From Nitrospinales bacterium (GTDB taxonomy: Bacteria; Nitrospinota; Nitrospinia; Nitrospinales; VA-1), in assembly GCA_965262115.1 (NCBI GenBank), contig OZ253496.1, positions 1,760,001-1,824,000 of the forward strand: a stretch of DNA of 64,000 bases, given 5' to 3'. The stretch's first letter is position 1. Each line of letters begins with the position of its first letter. The notes under the pieces were generated by a model. The model searched no databases, was not told the DNA's origin, and worked only from the letters and a program-made list of their open reading frames with translations. Of this stretch, positions 40,728 to 51,511 are shown in pieces. The position numbers and the translations under genes are program-made.

Positions 40728-43294
40728 AAACTTCGCAATTAAATCTTCGGCAGCTTTTCCTATTGGTGCTCGCCGAATTGCGCGGCGCATGGCGCAGGAT
40801 GCTGTTTTTTATTCTCTGTATCGCCATCGGTGTCGGCGCAGTGATGACGGTGAAAAGTTTTTCCAACCTGGTGGGCGAAACCATACAGAGCCAGGCCAAG
40901 GGGCTCCTATCTGCCGACCTCGCCATTAAGGGAAGCTGGGAACAGAGTCAGGAAGACCTTAACCACCAGAAAAAAGTTTTACCGCCAGAAACCGAATTCC
41001 TTTTCATCAAAGAGCTGCATGGCATGGCTCAGTTTAAAAACCCAAAGGCAGGAGAAAAATCTGCTTCCCTGATTACTGAACTCAAGGCCATCCCTCTCAC
41101 CGGCCCGCAATATCCTTTCTATGGAGAATTCAAAAGCAATCCGGATAACCCGTTGCAGGAATTATTGGCTAGGAGAGGCGCAGTGGTGGAGCCTTCTTTC
41201 CTGTTAAAGACCGGATTAAAACAAGGCGAGCATTTTTCTCTGGGAAAAATCGAAGTGCGTATCAACGGCGTGGCACTCTCGGAACCGGATCGCATTTCAA
41301 GAGCCTTCAGCATCGGCCCACGGGTATTTATCTCCCGCACTTCTCTGGATGATTCTGAACTGGTTCAGCCGGGCAGCCGGATCAAGCACAGGACTCTTAT
41401 ACGACTGCCCCACAGTTTTGATTTGATAAAAGCCCAGGTACTTCTGGAAAGAGGCCTGACAGACAAGTCGATTTCTATCCGCACTTATAAGGATATGCAG
41501 TCCTCCTTATCCAGTGCCATCGAACGCATGGGCCACTATCTCGGTGCGCTCGGGGTCATCGCCCTTCTCATGGGAGGAATCGGCGTCGCCATGATCGTCC
41601 GCACCTTCATGACGCAGAAACTCGACACCCTGGCGATCTTGAATTGCCTGGGAGCCTCGTCTAAAACCTTGTTCAAAGTTTATCTCCTTCAATCCATGCT
41701 GATGGGTCTTGTTGGCAGTTTGTTAGGTGTGGGTCTCGGTTTTGCGCTGACGTTTTTGCTGCCGTCAAAAATGGAAGGACTGATCAACTTAAAGCTGGAA
41801 CCGGTCTTCTATTGGGTTCCGGCTTTGCAATCGCTTCTTCTCGGTTGCGCCACCACGCTTTTGTTTTGCCTGTGGCCTTTGATCCGCGCCGTGAAAACCC
41901 GGCCTCTGCGCCTGTTCCGCAGAAATTTTGAGGAGGAAGAATCTGCAGGAGGATGGCAAGGCTGGCTGACCTCTTTGACACTGGGGCTGGGCCTTGCGGC
42001 GATGATTTGCTGGCAGGCGGGGTCCATCAAACGCGGTTTGATTTTTCTATCTGCGCTGGTGATTTCAGCAGGGGTGCTGGCGCTGGCGTCCATTTTTATT
42101 TTAAAACTTTTAAAAGCGTTGCCGCAGCCGAGCTCCATGACCCGCCGTTATGGCATGTCCAATCTCCGGCGGCCCAACAACCAGGCCACCGCCATCATCA
42201 CCTGTCTCGGTATGGGCATCATGCTGATACTCACTGTCCGTCTGGTGCAGATGGATATGCTGGCGATGCTGAACAAGAACACCGAGGTGCGCCCGCCAAA
42301 TTATTTTTTCATCGATATCCAGCACGATCAAAAGCAGATCTTCACCGAAGTGCTTGACCGGGTCGCACCCAAAGCAGAGCGTACCCTCACACCACTGGTG
42401 CGTTCGCGTCTGGTCAGCATCGATGAAAAATTGATCGCGCAATGGGAATATAAAGATAAGAGGCGGGAAGAATGGTTCATCAACCGCGAGTTCGTTTTAA
42501 CCTATATGGCCGGGCCGCCGCCGAAGGACAATACAGTCATCGAAGGGAAGTGGTGGGACGAAGGCAAAAACGCCGAGGTCTCTCTGGAAGAGGACGCGGC
42601 AAAAAGATTGGGCGCCAAAATCGGATCGCAACTCACCATCGATATTCAGGGCATTCCCATCACCGCTACGGTGACCAGCATCCGCAAAGTGAACTGGCGT
42701 AATATGCGTACGAATTTTTATATGATCTATTCGCCTGGAGCGTTGCAAGGTGTGCCGCTCACCTATGTGGCCACAGTCAATGTGCCCGACTCTAAAGAAC
42801 TGGAACTGCAACACGCCGTCGTCGCAGCCTTGCCCAACATCACCGCCTTGAGCACCCGCGATATTGTCAGCGCCATCAAGGCTACCGTATCCAGACTGAC
42901 CACCCTTGTCGATTTCATGTCGGGGTTCGCCATCGCCGCAGGACTTTTCATCCTGTCCGGTTCCATCGCGTCTACCAAGTACCGACGCCTGAGGGAATCT
43001 GCGGTACTGAAAATATTGGGAGCCCGGCGCAAAGTCGTCGCCTCCATTCTGGGAATCGAATACGCCACACTTGGAGTCATTTCGGCGCTGGTCGGTATCG
43101 GGTTGGCGCAGGGACTTTCCTGGGCCGTGATGAAATATATGATCAAATCTGACTGGCACATCCAGCCTGTCACGATGGTCTGGGCATTTTGGTTCGCGGT
43201 TTTGATCACGGTGGCCACCGGAATTTTGAGCAGTCTGGATGTGATTCGCGACAAACCGCTAAAAACCCTCCGTGCCGTCAGGGATTTAAACTAG
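40724..43294 (+). CDS. ybbP: FtsX-like ABC permease (YbbP-like)
   Basis: 856 aa, two FtsX domains, YPFYG, PNYFFIDIQ. Confidence 0.88.
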   Translation: MKTSQLNLRQLFLLVLAELRGAWRRMLFFILCIAIGVGAVMTVKSFSNLVGETIQSQAKGLLSADLAIKGSWEQSQEDLNHQKKVLPPETEFLFIKELHGMAQFKNPKAGEKSASLITELKAIPLTGPQYPFYGEFKSNPDNPLQELLARRGAVVEPSFLLKTGLKQGEHFSLGKIEVRINGVALSEPDRISRAFSIGPRVFISRTSLDDSELVQPGSRIKHRTLIRLPHSFDLIKAQVLLERGLTDKSISIRTYKDMQSSLSSAIERMGHYLGALGVIALLMGGIGVAMIVRTFMTQKLDTLAILNCLGASSKTLFKVYLLQSMLMGLVGSLLGVGLGFALTFLLPSKMEGLINLKLEPVFYWVPALQSLLLGCATTLLFCLWPLIRAVKTRPLRLFRRNFEEEESAGGWQGWLTSLTLGLGLAAMICWQAGSIKRGLIFLSALVISAGVLALASIFILKLLKALPQPSSMTRRYGMSNLRRPNNQATAIITCLGMGIMLILTVRLVQMDMLAMLNKNTEVRPPNYFFIDIQHDQKQIFTEVLDRVAPKAERTLTPLVRSRLVSIDEKLIAQWEYKDKRREEWFINREFVLTYMAGPPPKDNTVIEGKWWDEGKNAEVSLEEDAAKRLGAKIGSQLTIDIQGIPITATVTSIRKVNWRNMRTNFYMIYSPGALQGVPLTYVATVNVPDSKELELQHAVVAALPNITALSTRDIVSAIKATVSRLTTLVDFMSGFAIAAGLFILSGSIASTKYRRLRESAVLKILGARRKVVASILGIEYATLGVISALVGIGLAQGLSWAVMKYMIKSDWHIQPVTMVWAFWFAVLITVATGILSSLDVIRDKPLKTLRAVRDLN

Positions 43295-43301
43295 TGGGCG
43301 G

Positions 43302-44459
43302 CTAGAACTTAAACATTAGATCCAATTCTAAGGTTTCCTTTTCGTCTTTGCGACCTCTTTCTTCCTGAGTATTGAAGTAAGTAAGAGCCAGTTTGATTCC
43401 TTTTCGTAATCCCAGCCCTGCTCCCACTTCGAAGCCGCGAGAATTGTTCAATCCACTGTGAAAATCGGAATCCGCCAAAACATCCAGCACCGCTTCGGTT
43501 TGGACCAGACGGTAAATCAATCGCAAATCCCAATCGGCAAATTTTTGCCCTGACTTCCCATAGGCGAACCCAGCCTGCCAGGCCGTGTCTAAATCAGGTT
43601 GACCGGGTGCCAGAGACCCCGTATTTTTCGCGTATTCGCCAAAAACCCTGAGTGGCTTGCCATATACAGACCCAGACCACTGGCCTATGAGATTGACCAC
43701 CTTGACTTCCGAAAGCGTGTGGTTGTTAGACACCGTGCTGCCGGTTGGAGCAGAACCCGGGTCTTCATGATCTGCGTAGTCGTAGTAAGCCAGGGCAACA
43801 TCAAATTTACCAAAACCTGTTTGTTGCTGGAGAACTCCCTGATAGGCAAACAGTTTGATATCGTCACCGGGATTGATCTCGTCAACGATGAACTGACCCG
43901 CTATAAGTTTCAAGTGAGTGCTGCCGATTTTATGGGAAAACTGCTCGCTGACCCCTTCTACATTGACATCATCATCCCAGATCAACTCCGATTTCATAAA
44001 AGGCGGTGGAAACTTGCCACCCTCTAAAGTAAACGGTTTTGGGTTCCATTTGAAAAAAGCACGGTCAATACTCAGAGATTTATTTCCGAACCCCCCATCC
44101 AATGTTGCGTTGGCAGAAGTCTGACTACCAACACCCCCAGTCGCCATGCGAAATCCTATATCCAGATCCTCGTACAGGTGAATTGTGGAACCCAGACGAA
44201 AACGAATGCGCCAACGACTACGGTCCAGTGTTTTTCCTGCAGTTTCATCCCTCTTGTCAACTTGATATCGAAAACGGAAATCGCCTTTCCAGGAAAACCT
44301 TTTGAGAATATCCAAAACTGCGAGCCTGGATTCATATTTCTCTTCCAGAGCCCGCGGTCTTTGTTCATAATCTGCGCCATAAGCAAGTGACCCGGACGCG
44401 ATCCAAAAAACGAACAGAGCAATAAAAATTTGGCCGGTAATAGTTTTAGACATTTTCAT
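43302..44459 (-). CDS. Putative outer-membrane porin
   Basis: Signal peptide, GDFRFRY, amphipathic beta strands, terminal Phe. Confidence 0.75.
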   Translation of the reverse strand: MKMSKTITGQIFIALFVFWIASGSLAYGADYEQRPRALEEKYESRLAVLDILKRFSWKGDFRFRYQVDKRDETAGKTLDRSRWRIRFRLGSTIHLYEDLDIGFRMATGGVGSQTSANATLDGGFGNKSLSIDRAFFKWNPKPFTLEGGKFPPPFMKSELIWDDDVNVEGVSEQFSHKIGSTHLKLIAGQFIVDEINPGDDIKLFAYQGVLQQQTGFGKFDVALAYYDYADHEDPGSAPTGSTVSNNHTLSEVKVVNLIGQWSGSVYGKPLRVFGEYAKNTGSLAPGQPDLDTAWQAGFAYGKSGQKFADWDLRLIYRLVQTEAVLDVLADSDFHSGLNNSRGFEVGAGLGLRKGIKLALTYFNTQEERGRKDEKETLELDLMFKF

Positions 44460-44479
44460 TTTTAGTTTTATTTCGCTCT

Positions 44480-45577
44480 CTAAAAATTGTCGCTTTCATG
44501 AACCATTTTGATGGCTTTGATGTGGGCAAAGACCGGTTGCCCCGGTTTGAGGTTTAAATTGGCAAGAGATTTTCTCGTGATCGTCGCTAAAATCGGCCGG
44601 CCCGCATCCAGCTCAATGTCGACCGAATATCCTTTGGAATCAAGAATTCCAACTTTTTCGACCTTGGCTTTTAAAATATTCAGCACACTGGTGGCTCCCG
44701 CTGGTGGTGCGGTCGAAAGGCTCACGTCTTTGGAATGGATGTGCACCCTTAAGCTTTGCCCCACGGGAATATTTTGTCTGGGAACATTGAGAGCCTGCCC
44801 CATAAAATCCAACCGGGTGAGCCCGAATTCCTCATCGTGTTCCGCGACCGATGTTTCAAGCACCGCTCCCAACTGCTCATCCCCCACCGCTTCCCGCAAC
44901 CGGACATCCGAGAAAACCTTCTCCACCGGCCCGAAGTTCACCACTTTTCCTGATTTTAAAATCACCATGGTGTCCACAAGTTGGAGAACCTCATTCATTG
45001 AATGCGTGACATAGATGATAGGCGTCTTAAACTCATCTTCTATTCTTTTAATAAAGGGGATGATCTCTGCTTTGAGTTGCATATCCAGCGAAGCTAAAGG
45101 TTCATCCATTAGCAATAGTTTCGGGCTGGTGAGCAGAGCGCGACCAATCGATACCCTTTGCCGTTCCCCTCCCGACAATTTTTCCGGAGCGCGTTTTAAC
45201 AAAGCATCAAGATCCAGCACTTGCACCACTTCATCCAGATGGAGATTGCGCTCCGCAGGCAGGGTGCGTTGATAACCATATAGCAGGTTTTCCTGAATAT
45301 TCAAATGGGGAAACAACCTCGACTCCTGAAACACCAGGCCAACCTTTCTCTCATGGATGGGAAGAAAAATGCCTTCATCCTGCCAAACCTGTCCGGCCAA
45401 CTTCAGATATCCTGAAGGAGCCCTTTCCAGTCCAGACAGGCAACGCAACAAGGTGGTTTTGCCCGACCCGGAAGGACCGAAAACCACGGTCACACCTTTG
45501 GCAGGGAGGTTCAACTCGACATCAAGATTGAACCCCGGATAATCGATTTTAAATTTTGCCTGTAGCATATCCGTCAT
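44480..45577 (-). CDS. modC: Molybdate ABC transporter ATPase
   Basis: GPSGSGKT, LSGGERQR, TOBE C-terminus. Confidence 0.94.
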   Translation of the reverse strand: MTDMLQAKFKIDYPGFNLDVELNLPAKGVTVVFGPSGSGKTTLLRCLSGLERAPSGYLKLAGQVWQDEGIFLPIHERKVGLVFQESRLFPHLNIQENLLYGYQRTLPAERNLHLDEVVQVLDLDALLKRAPEKLSGGERQRVSIGRALLTSPKLLLMDEPLASLDMQLKAEIIPFIKRIEDEFKTPIIYVTHSMNEVLQLVDTMVILKSGKVVNFGPVEKVFSDVRLREAVGDEQLGAVLETSVAEHDEEFGLTRLDFMGQALNVPRQNIPVGQSLRVHIHSKDVSLSTAPPAGATSVLNILKAKVEKVGILDSKGYSVDIELDAGRPILATITRKSLANLNLKPGQPVFAHIKAIKMVHESDNF

Positions 45578-46257
45578 GTCACCTGCACCGGAAGTCTCCG
45601 GTTGATGGCATAAACTATCACCAGAACGAGAAACGAGAATATGAGCAGTCCGGCTGAAAGAATATGCGCCTGAGCGTATTCAAGAACTTCAACCCGGTCA
45701 TAAATTTCTATGGAAATCACTTGGGTCTTGCCGGGAATATTTCCGCCCACCATCAACACCACGCCAAATTCTCCAAGGGTGTGGGCGAATCCCAATACCA
45801 CTGCTGTCAGGTAACCCCGCCGGGCCAGAGGAGTGATGACCGAAAAAAAAGCGTCCAGTCGAGAAGCACCCAAAGACTGTGCGGTTTCCATAGGAACTTT
45901 TCCAATGGATTCGAAAGCACTGTGAAGCGGTTGCACCACAAACGGCAGGGAATAAAGAGTAGAAGCGAAAACCAGCCCGGCAAACGAAAAAGACAGCGCC
46001 GAACCCGTTAAAGCCTGAACCGGTCCGCCCACCCAGCCATGCGGTCCTAATAAGATCAACAGATAAAAACCCAACACCGTAGGCGGCAGAACCAGGGGCA
46101 AAGCCACCACTGCCTCCACCACCACCCGGGAACGGGATCGGGTCTGCGCCAGCCACCACGCGATTGGCGTGCCCAAAGCTAAAAGAATCACCACCGTCAC
46201 TCCCGCTAATTGCAGAGTGAGCAAAATGGGTTCTGCATCAATCAGGGAAAAATCCAT
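45574..46257 (-). CDS. modB: Molybdate ABC transporter permease
   Basis: LPLVLPPTVLG, GEFG..LMVGGNIPG. Confidence 0.95.
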   Translation of the reverse strand: MDFSLIDAEPILLTLQLAGVTVVILLALGTPIAWWLAQTRSRSRVVVEAVVALPLVLPPTVLGFYLLILLGPHGWVGGPVQALTGSALSFSFAGLVFASTLYSLPFVVQPLHSAFESIGKVPMETAQSLGASRLDAFFSVITPLARRGYLTAVVLGFAHTLGEFGVVLMVGGNIPGKTQVISIEIYDRVEVLEYAQAHILSAGLLIFSFLVLVIVYAINRRLPVQVT

Positions 46258-46261
46258 TTCT

Positions 46262-47038
46262 TCATTCCTCTAAAAAACGATAACCGTATGACTGAATAAT
46301 TTTCTTTGATACATGCCCCTTTAAATATTTTAAAAATTGTTTCGCCGAAGAATTGGAAGACCCCGGCTTTAACAAAATGGCCTGCTGTAAAATCGGCTCA
46401 TGCTGATCGACCGGTATCTCCCACCGGCTTCCTTTTAATTTGAAGCGTGGGTCTTCGACCTGTGATTTAGCGATAAACCCAAGCGCAGCATTTCCGGTGG
46501 CAACAAACTGGAGGGTCTGGGAAATATTTTCCCCCCGAACCAAAAACGGTCGCAGTTTTTGCCAGAGGCCCAACCGTTCAAGAGTCTGCTTGGCCGCCCT
46601 GCCATAGGGAGCGGTTTTCGGGTTGGCAATCGCCAGTTTGCCCTTGTTCATTTGAGTTAAAGATTCCTCTCCCCGCACTATATCCGGATCCAAACTCCAT
46701 AACACCAAGGCCCCGACCGCATAAGTGAAGCGGGTACCGGAAACACCCACCCCCTCCCGCTCCAACAGAGCCGGTCTATTTTCATCCGCCGCCAGCAGAA
46801 CATCAAAGGGAGCGCCATGCCGGGCCTGGGCGTACAACTTGCCGGTCGACCCGGAAATCAGGATCAGCGTGTTTCCCGTATCCTGTTTGAAGTGTTGGGC
46901 AATTTCTTTGAGCGGATTCAAAAAATTAGACGCGACCGCAACATGCACCTCTTCAGCCCAACCCGTTTGAGGCAGACCCAGAAACCATAGCGCCATCCAT
47001 ATGCCCAACCCTTTCTTTATTGCCATCACCCGCCTCAC
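46262..47038 (-). CDS. modA: Molybdate-binding periplasmic protein
   Basis: AVASNF, GSTGKL..Q, ANP.TAPYG. Confidence 0.94.
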   Translation of the reverse strand: MRRVMAIKKGLGIWMALWFLGLPQTGWAEEVHVAVASNFLNPLKEIAQHFKQDTGNTLILISGSTGKLYAQARHGAPFDVLLAADENRPALLEREGVGVSGTRFTYAVGALVLWSLDPDIVRGEESLTQMNKGKLAIANPKTAPYGRAAKQTLERLGLWQKLRPFLVRGENISQTLQFVATGNAALGFIAKSQVEDPRFKLKGSRWEIPVDQHEPILQQAILLKPGSSNSSAKQFLKYLKGHVSKKIIQSYGYRFLEE

Positions 47039-47098
47039 TATATTCCTAAATATATAACGTATATATCGTTATATATCATTAAGCATAACGTATGTCAA
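47036..47098 (-). promoter_or_regulatory. Tandem ModE-type boxes overlapping a TTGACA promoter
   Basis: CACTAT-N12-ATAACG (47036-47059) and CGTTAT-N12-ATAACG (47067-47090); TTGACA on the minus strand at 47093-47098. Confidence 0.75.
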
Positions 47099-47119
47099 CC
47101 CACAGGGCTGAATGAAGAA

Positions 47120-47256
47120 GCGAACTTTGCGCAATTTGATTCGCATTGAAAAAGGCGAGACCCTTCTTCGCCAAAGGCTCATCAGAATGACAAGTTAGAG
47201 ACTTTAAAATGTCATTCTGAACGAAGTGAAGAATCTAGAGGTTATGCAAAGCTCTC
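47120..47256 (-). mobile_element. MITE, same family as 10464-10631
   Basis: GCGAACTTTGCGCAA...TTATGCAAAGCTCTC with internal CAGAATGAC/GTCATTCTG palindromic units; no TSD. Confidence 0.8.
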
Positions 47257-47691
47257 TATGCCAACGGCGCTCCGACGTTTGAGTTCCAAACTGGACCCGA
47301 TGGACGGCAATATGCGGTGGGAGGAGAAGTTTCCATTGACGCATCACCGGTCACCGGAGACCCCGAAGCGACAGTTCGCAAGGCTCAGACTATAAAGCGG
47401 ACCGCCCTGGCCCCAAGTGACCCCTCCGCACAAGACCGGCAGGCAGCCGCCCAGGCGGCCCAGTTGGAGAACCAGGCAAGACAGGAAGTCCAGGCTGAAA
47501 AAGCTGAAGAAAATGAAGAGGCTACAGAATCCGAAAACACTCCCTCATCGGTGGAAGAAATCCAAGAATCCCAAAGCAAATCTGAAAGCGGCAACGATTC
47601 GGATGAGTCGAATCCTTTCGCCAGACGGGTGGCAAACCGGTTCAATCCATCCAACATCACCACCGGCAATCTACTGAACATCATTTCCTGA
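47257..47691 (+). pseudogene. SprA-related family protein, 5'-truncated at the MITE
   Basis: [28 protein letters not shown]...[13 protein letters not shown]-terminus absent. Confidence 0.8.
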
Positions 47692-47694
47692 TAG

Positions 47695-47720
47695 AAAAAA
47701 AAGGCCAGAGAATCTGGCCC
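47695..47720 (-). terminator. tRNA operon terminator
   Basis: GGCCAGA-ttc-TCTGGCC followed by a T run on the minus strand. Confidence 0.75.
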
Positions 47721-47730
47721 TGAAGAAAAA

Positions 47731-47807
<77 letters not shown>

Positions 47808-47823
47808 GCGGTCGTTTTGCGAA

Positions 47824-47899
47824 TGGTAGGCGGAACAGGGCTCGAACCTGTGACCCCCGGCTTGTAAGGCCGGTGCTCTCCCAGCTGAGCTACCCGCCC
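47824..47899 (-). tRNA. tRNA-Val(UAC)
   Basis: GGGCGGGTAGCTCAGCTGGGAGA..CCGGC-CT-TAC-AA-GCCGG..CCA. Confidence 0.97.
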
Positions 47900-47902
47900 A
47901 CT

Positions 47903-48036
47903 TGTGATATTTAACCTTTGCCTTCATGCCCCAAGGGGTACGGCAAGGGTCCAACGGGCATAGACTCGTTGAGCCGAAGTAACTTTTGCCAGCCAGACGT
48001 GATATTCCTCCTTAGATCTCGTGCCTCGGAGGGGTA
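47903..48036 (+). repeat. Two ~40-bp micro-element copies in the tRNA leader
   Basis: 47903-47940 TGTGATATTTAACCTTTGCCTTCATGCCCCAAGGGGTA; 47998-48036 CGTGATATTCCTCCTTAGATCTCGTGCCTCGGAGGGGTA. Confidence 0.85.
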
Positions 48037-48318
48037 AAAAACATAGCTCATCACCTGCAGAGGTTCTCTGCCCTCACTACAATATCCAGAACGATTTCTT
48101 CTCTTCATAAGAGGAGGGGAGTATATAAACGAGCATCATCCCTGTCAAGCGATTTCATGTGTCGGCAAATCTCCCGTAAAATATTGAACAGATTGATTTT
48201 AAAATGATTGACAGCCATCTCCCCTCACTATAAGATGATTTTTAAAGCCCGAAAACAGGGTTTTCGGGCTCTTCTCAAACGTTTCCAGTTCACCTGAATC
48301 ACCCCCGATTGCTGCACC

Positions 48319-48920
48319 ATGATAGAAAAAATCATGGCTTCTCTCGAGAGCCTTCCGACTGAAGACCTTCTTAAGATTAGAGAAAACCTGGATGAGTTGA
48401 TCCGGTCAAAATATGACGCTGATCTTGGAAAAAGAAAGGGCAAACGAGCAAGGGTCAAAATTGCCGGGCAGCTGGAAATCGGACGGGAGAAAGAGTTTTT
48501 TTACAAGCTTCACAAAATCACTATTCAGGAAATGTCGATCAACGGTTTGGTTTTTTCTGTGAAGGGAACCGTCATCGATGGAGATATTTTACGAGTCTCT
48601 TTTAGAGTGCCCTCGGCCGGAGAAAAAAAATCATCGACTGCCAGGCCGTGCGGGTCAATGAGATTAAACCCGGCACCATTCCTGAATCGGAAACCTGTTT
48701 TTTAATCTTGCTTATGGATCGCAGCCAAAAAGATGCGGGGCTCTTGAGATCAAAACTGAAACGCCTGCTTGAATACAATCCGCTCTATGTCAACGGAGAT
48801 TCCATGAAGGCCCAGACTCTATGGTGACTTTCTGCCTATCCCGAAGAAGGAAAAGAACTGTTCAACCTCATCAACCTTTCGCGCAACCGGCTAACCCGGA
48901 AAACGAAGGCGATGGCATGA
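48319..48920 (+). pseudogene. PilZ-like domain protein, frameshifted
   Basis: KRKGKR..EMSING motif; frameshift in the A-tract near 48623-48630 (KK-IIDC) and a later stop. Confidence 0.6.
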
Positions 48921-49951
48921 TAACAAAACTATTCAATAGCATTTTCAGCTTGTTCTCCACCAATCTGGCTATGGATCTGGGCACGGCAAACACCCTGGTT
49001 TACATTACCGAAAAAGGAATCGTGCTGAACGAACCCTCCGTAGTCGCAGTGAACGTGGATGACAACTCGGTGGAAGCGGTTGGAATAGAAGCAAAAAAAA
49101 TGTATGGCCGCACCCATTCCAGGGTCAACACCATCCGGCCTATGAAAGACGGTGTCATCGCCGACTTTGATGTGACCAACCGGATGATTCAGTATTTTAT
49201 TAAAAAAGTTCTGAGCCAACATCGGTTCTTTAAACCCCGTATGGTTGTCGGCGTACCGACCTGCATCACCCAGGTGGAAAAGAAAGCGGTGATTGATGCC
49301 TCCCTCATGGCGGGAATCCGGGAAGTCCATCTCGTGGAAGAACCCATGGCCGCCGCAATCGGCGTTGGCATTCCCGTACACCGGCCTGAAGGAAACATGG
49401 TTATCGATATCGGCGGCGGCACCACTGATGTCGCAGTCATATCCCTGTCCGCCATCACCCATGGTGAATCTGCACGCGTCGCCGGAGACGGAATCGACGA
49501 GTCTATCGTCCGCTATATGCGGCTTCAGCACCATCTTAATATCGGCGTGTTCGAAGGCGAACGCACCAAAAAGGAAATCGGCAGTGCGTTTCCGCAAGCG
49601 GGAACCATGACAACCGAAGTCAGAGGATTGAATGTTAAAACCGGCGTTCCCATGTCCATCACCATCGGCGATGATGAAATTCGCGAAGCGCTCAAAGAAC
49701 CGCTGACCACCATCGTCACGGTCATCATGCGCGCCCTGGAAAAAATTCCTCCGGAACTTTCCGCCGACATTCACTCTAATGGCATATACCTTACCGGAGG
49801 CGGTGCCCTCATCCGTGGACTGGATAAGATGATCGAAGAAAAAACCACCTTGAGGGTCTTTATTCCCGAAGACCCCCTCCTCAGCATTGTCAAGGGAGCC
49901 GGAGCGATTCTCGATGATTTTCCAAATATGAAAAAAGTCTGTATCAACTAA
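48917..49951 (+). CDS. mreB: MreB-family actin homolog
   Basis: DLGTAN, EPMAAAIG, DIGGGT, LTGGGAL. Confidence 0.92.
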   Translation: MITKLFNSIFSLFSTNLAMDLGTANTLVYITEKGIVLNEPSVVAVNVDDNSVEAVGIEAKKMYGRTHSRVNTIRPMKDGVIADFDVTNRMIQYFIKKVLSQHRFFKPRMVVGVPTCITQVEKKAVIDASLMAGIREVHLVEEPMAAAIGVGIPVHRPEGNMVIDIGGGTTDVAVISLSAITHGESARVAGDGIDESIVRYMRLQHHLNIGVFEGERTKKEIGSAFPQAGTMTTEVRGLNVKTGVPMSITIGDDEIREALKEPLTTIVTVIMRALEKIPPELSADIHSNGIYLTGGGALIRGLDKMIEEKTTLRVFIPEDPLLSIVKGAGAILDDFPNMKKVCIN

Positions 49952-49994
49952 TCGGGTTGAGGTAAAATCCGCTCAACACTCTTTTTGGATTGTT

Positions 49995-50318
49995 ATGAAC
50001 CCGGTTTGCCAGGAATGTAAAATCCCAGTGAGCGCAGTGCCCACTGTGATTGAATATAAAGGGGAAGAAATTTATCTGTTCGATCCTGTGATTTGCCAGT
50101 CCTGCCTGCACAAGTTGTGCGAACGCTATTCCACACAATGCGCCAATTGCGGCGGTTGCATCCCTCCGTTTTCCCAAGTCGGAGTATTAAAAGCGGACAA
50201 CGGACAAAAACAGTTTGTCCACATGACCACCTCCTGCACCACAGTCGGAAGTGCCTTTTACGGCTACTGGGGCAAAGGCCAATTACACAGTTTCGTTCAA
50301 ATCGAAGCCTGCCATTAG
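49995..50318 (+). CDS. Cys-rich small protein (putative Zn finger)
   Basis: Three CxxC pairs plus H..C. Confidence 0.7.
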   Translation: MNPVCQECKIPVSAVPTVIEYKGEEIYLFDPVICQSCLHKLCERYSTQCANCGGCIPPFSQVGVLKADNGQKQFVHMTTSCTTVGSAFYGYWGKGQLHSFVQIEACH

Positions 50319-50364
50319 CTACTAGCCGTAGGGGCAACTTGCAATATATTTATCTGCTAGCAAC

Positions 50365-51273
50365 TGATCTTCCCCTGTTTTAGTGGACAGTTAGTTAAGA
50401 GGCATAGGCCTGTTTCTCGAATTCGGCAGGGCTGAGATAGCCGAGATATGAGTGACGGCGTTGCCGATTATAAAACACTTCGATATATTCAAAAATATCC
50501 TTCTTTGCTTGCTGACGGGTTTTGTAGTTCCGGTTATGAATGAGTTCCACTTTGAGAGTATGGAAAAAACTCTCCGCCACGGCGTTATCCCAGCAATCGC
50601 CCTTCCGGCTCATACTGCACTCTATCCCATGAACATTGAGCAAGGCTTGAAAATCGTTGCAGGCATATTGAACCCCCCGGTCAGAATGGTGAATCAATCC
50701 CGGTTTCATGCCGCCGTTCTTCATTGCCATATTTAAAGCTCTCATTACCAACCAACGGGTTATCCAACGATCCATGGCCCAACCAATAACTTTACGGTGG
50801 AATAAATCCAGCGTCACCGCAAGGTATAACCAGCCCTCTTGAGTCGGGATATAGGTGATATCCGAAACCCAGCATTGACCGGGCTCAGCAACATTAAACC
50901 GCCGTTGCAGTTTGTTTTTTGCCACCGGGTGATTATGTTTGGAATCGGTTGTCACCCTGAACTTTCTTTTGTGCTTGGCAACGATTCCATGCTCGCGCAT
51001 AAGACAGGCAATACGATGCCTGCCAATGGCATATCCCTTGTCTTTCAAGTCCTCATGAATTCTGGGACTGCCATAAGTCTGGCGACTCTTCTTATAAACG
51101 GTTTTGATCTCATCAACCCATCGCTGCTTCTCACGGCTCCTCAGGCTCTCGGGGCGGCTCAGCCAGGCATAGAACCCACTTCGTCCCACTTCCAGAACCC
51201 GGCACATCGGGCTTACCGGAAATGCTTCTCGATGATCCCGTATAAACCGATATCTCATTGGGAACCCTTCGAG
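50365..51273 (-). mobile_element. IS3 right half (IRR plus orfB), copy 2
   Basis: Near-identical to 14196-15104; orfA and IRL absent. Confidence 0.9.
50395..51258 (-). CDS. IS3 OrfB DDE transposase, copy 2
   Basis: As copy 1 with one R-to-C change. Confidence 0.9.
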   Translation of the reverse strand: MRYRFIRDHREAFPVSPMCRVLEVGRSGFYAWLSRPESLRSREKQRWVDEIKTVYKKSRQTYGSPRIHEDLKDKGYAIGRHRIACLMREHGIVAKHKRKFRVTTDSKHNHPVAKNKLQRRFNVAEPGQCWVSDITYIPTQEGWLYLAVTLDLFHRKVIGWAMDRWITRWLVMRALNMAMKNGGMKPGLIHHSDRGVQYACNDFQALLNVHGIECSMSRKGDCWDNAVAESFFHTLKVELIHNRNYKTRQQAKKDIFEYIEVFYNRQRRHSYLGYLSPAEFEKQAYAS

Positions 51274-51294
51274 TACCCCTTGTATGTTGTTCAT

Positions 51295-51511
51295 AAGGGG
51301 AATTTGTAGTAGTTGTACCTGTGAGCCCTGTGGGAAGCCGGTTTTGTGTTTTCCACAAGGCTCACAGGGTTTGATTCAGGGCACAATAGATCGTTTACCC
51401 CTTGGGCTTTTAAGCCCGTCCCGAAGCGCAGATCGTTGTGTCCTATTTTGATTAACCCGAACAGTTGCCTGGGCCACTGAGCCCGCATCGGCAAGGCTGG
51501 GAGACCAAATT
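51295..51511 (+). ncRNA. Predicted bridge RNA, copy 2
   Basis: Same guides as copy 1 (LTG 51395-51402, RTG 51420-51426, LDG 51461-51468, RDG 51491-51495). Confidence 0.85.
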
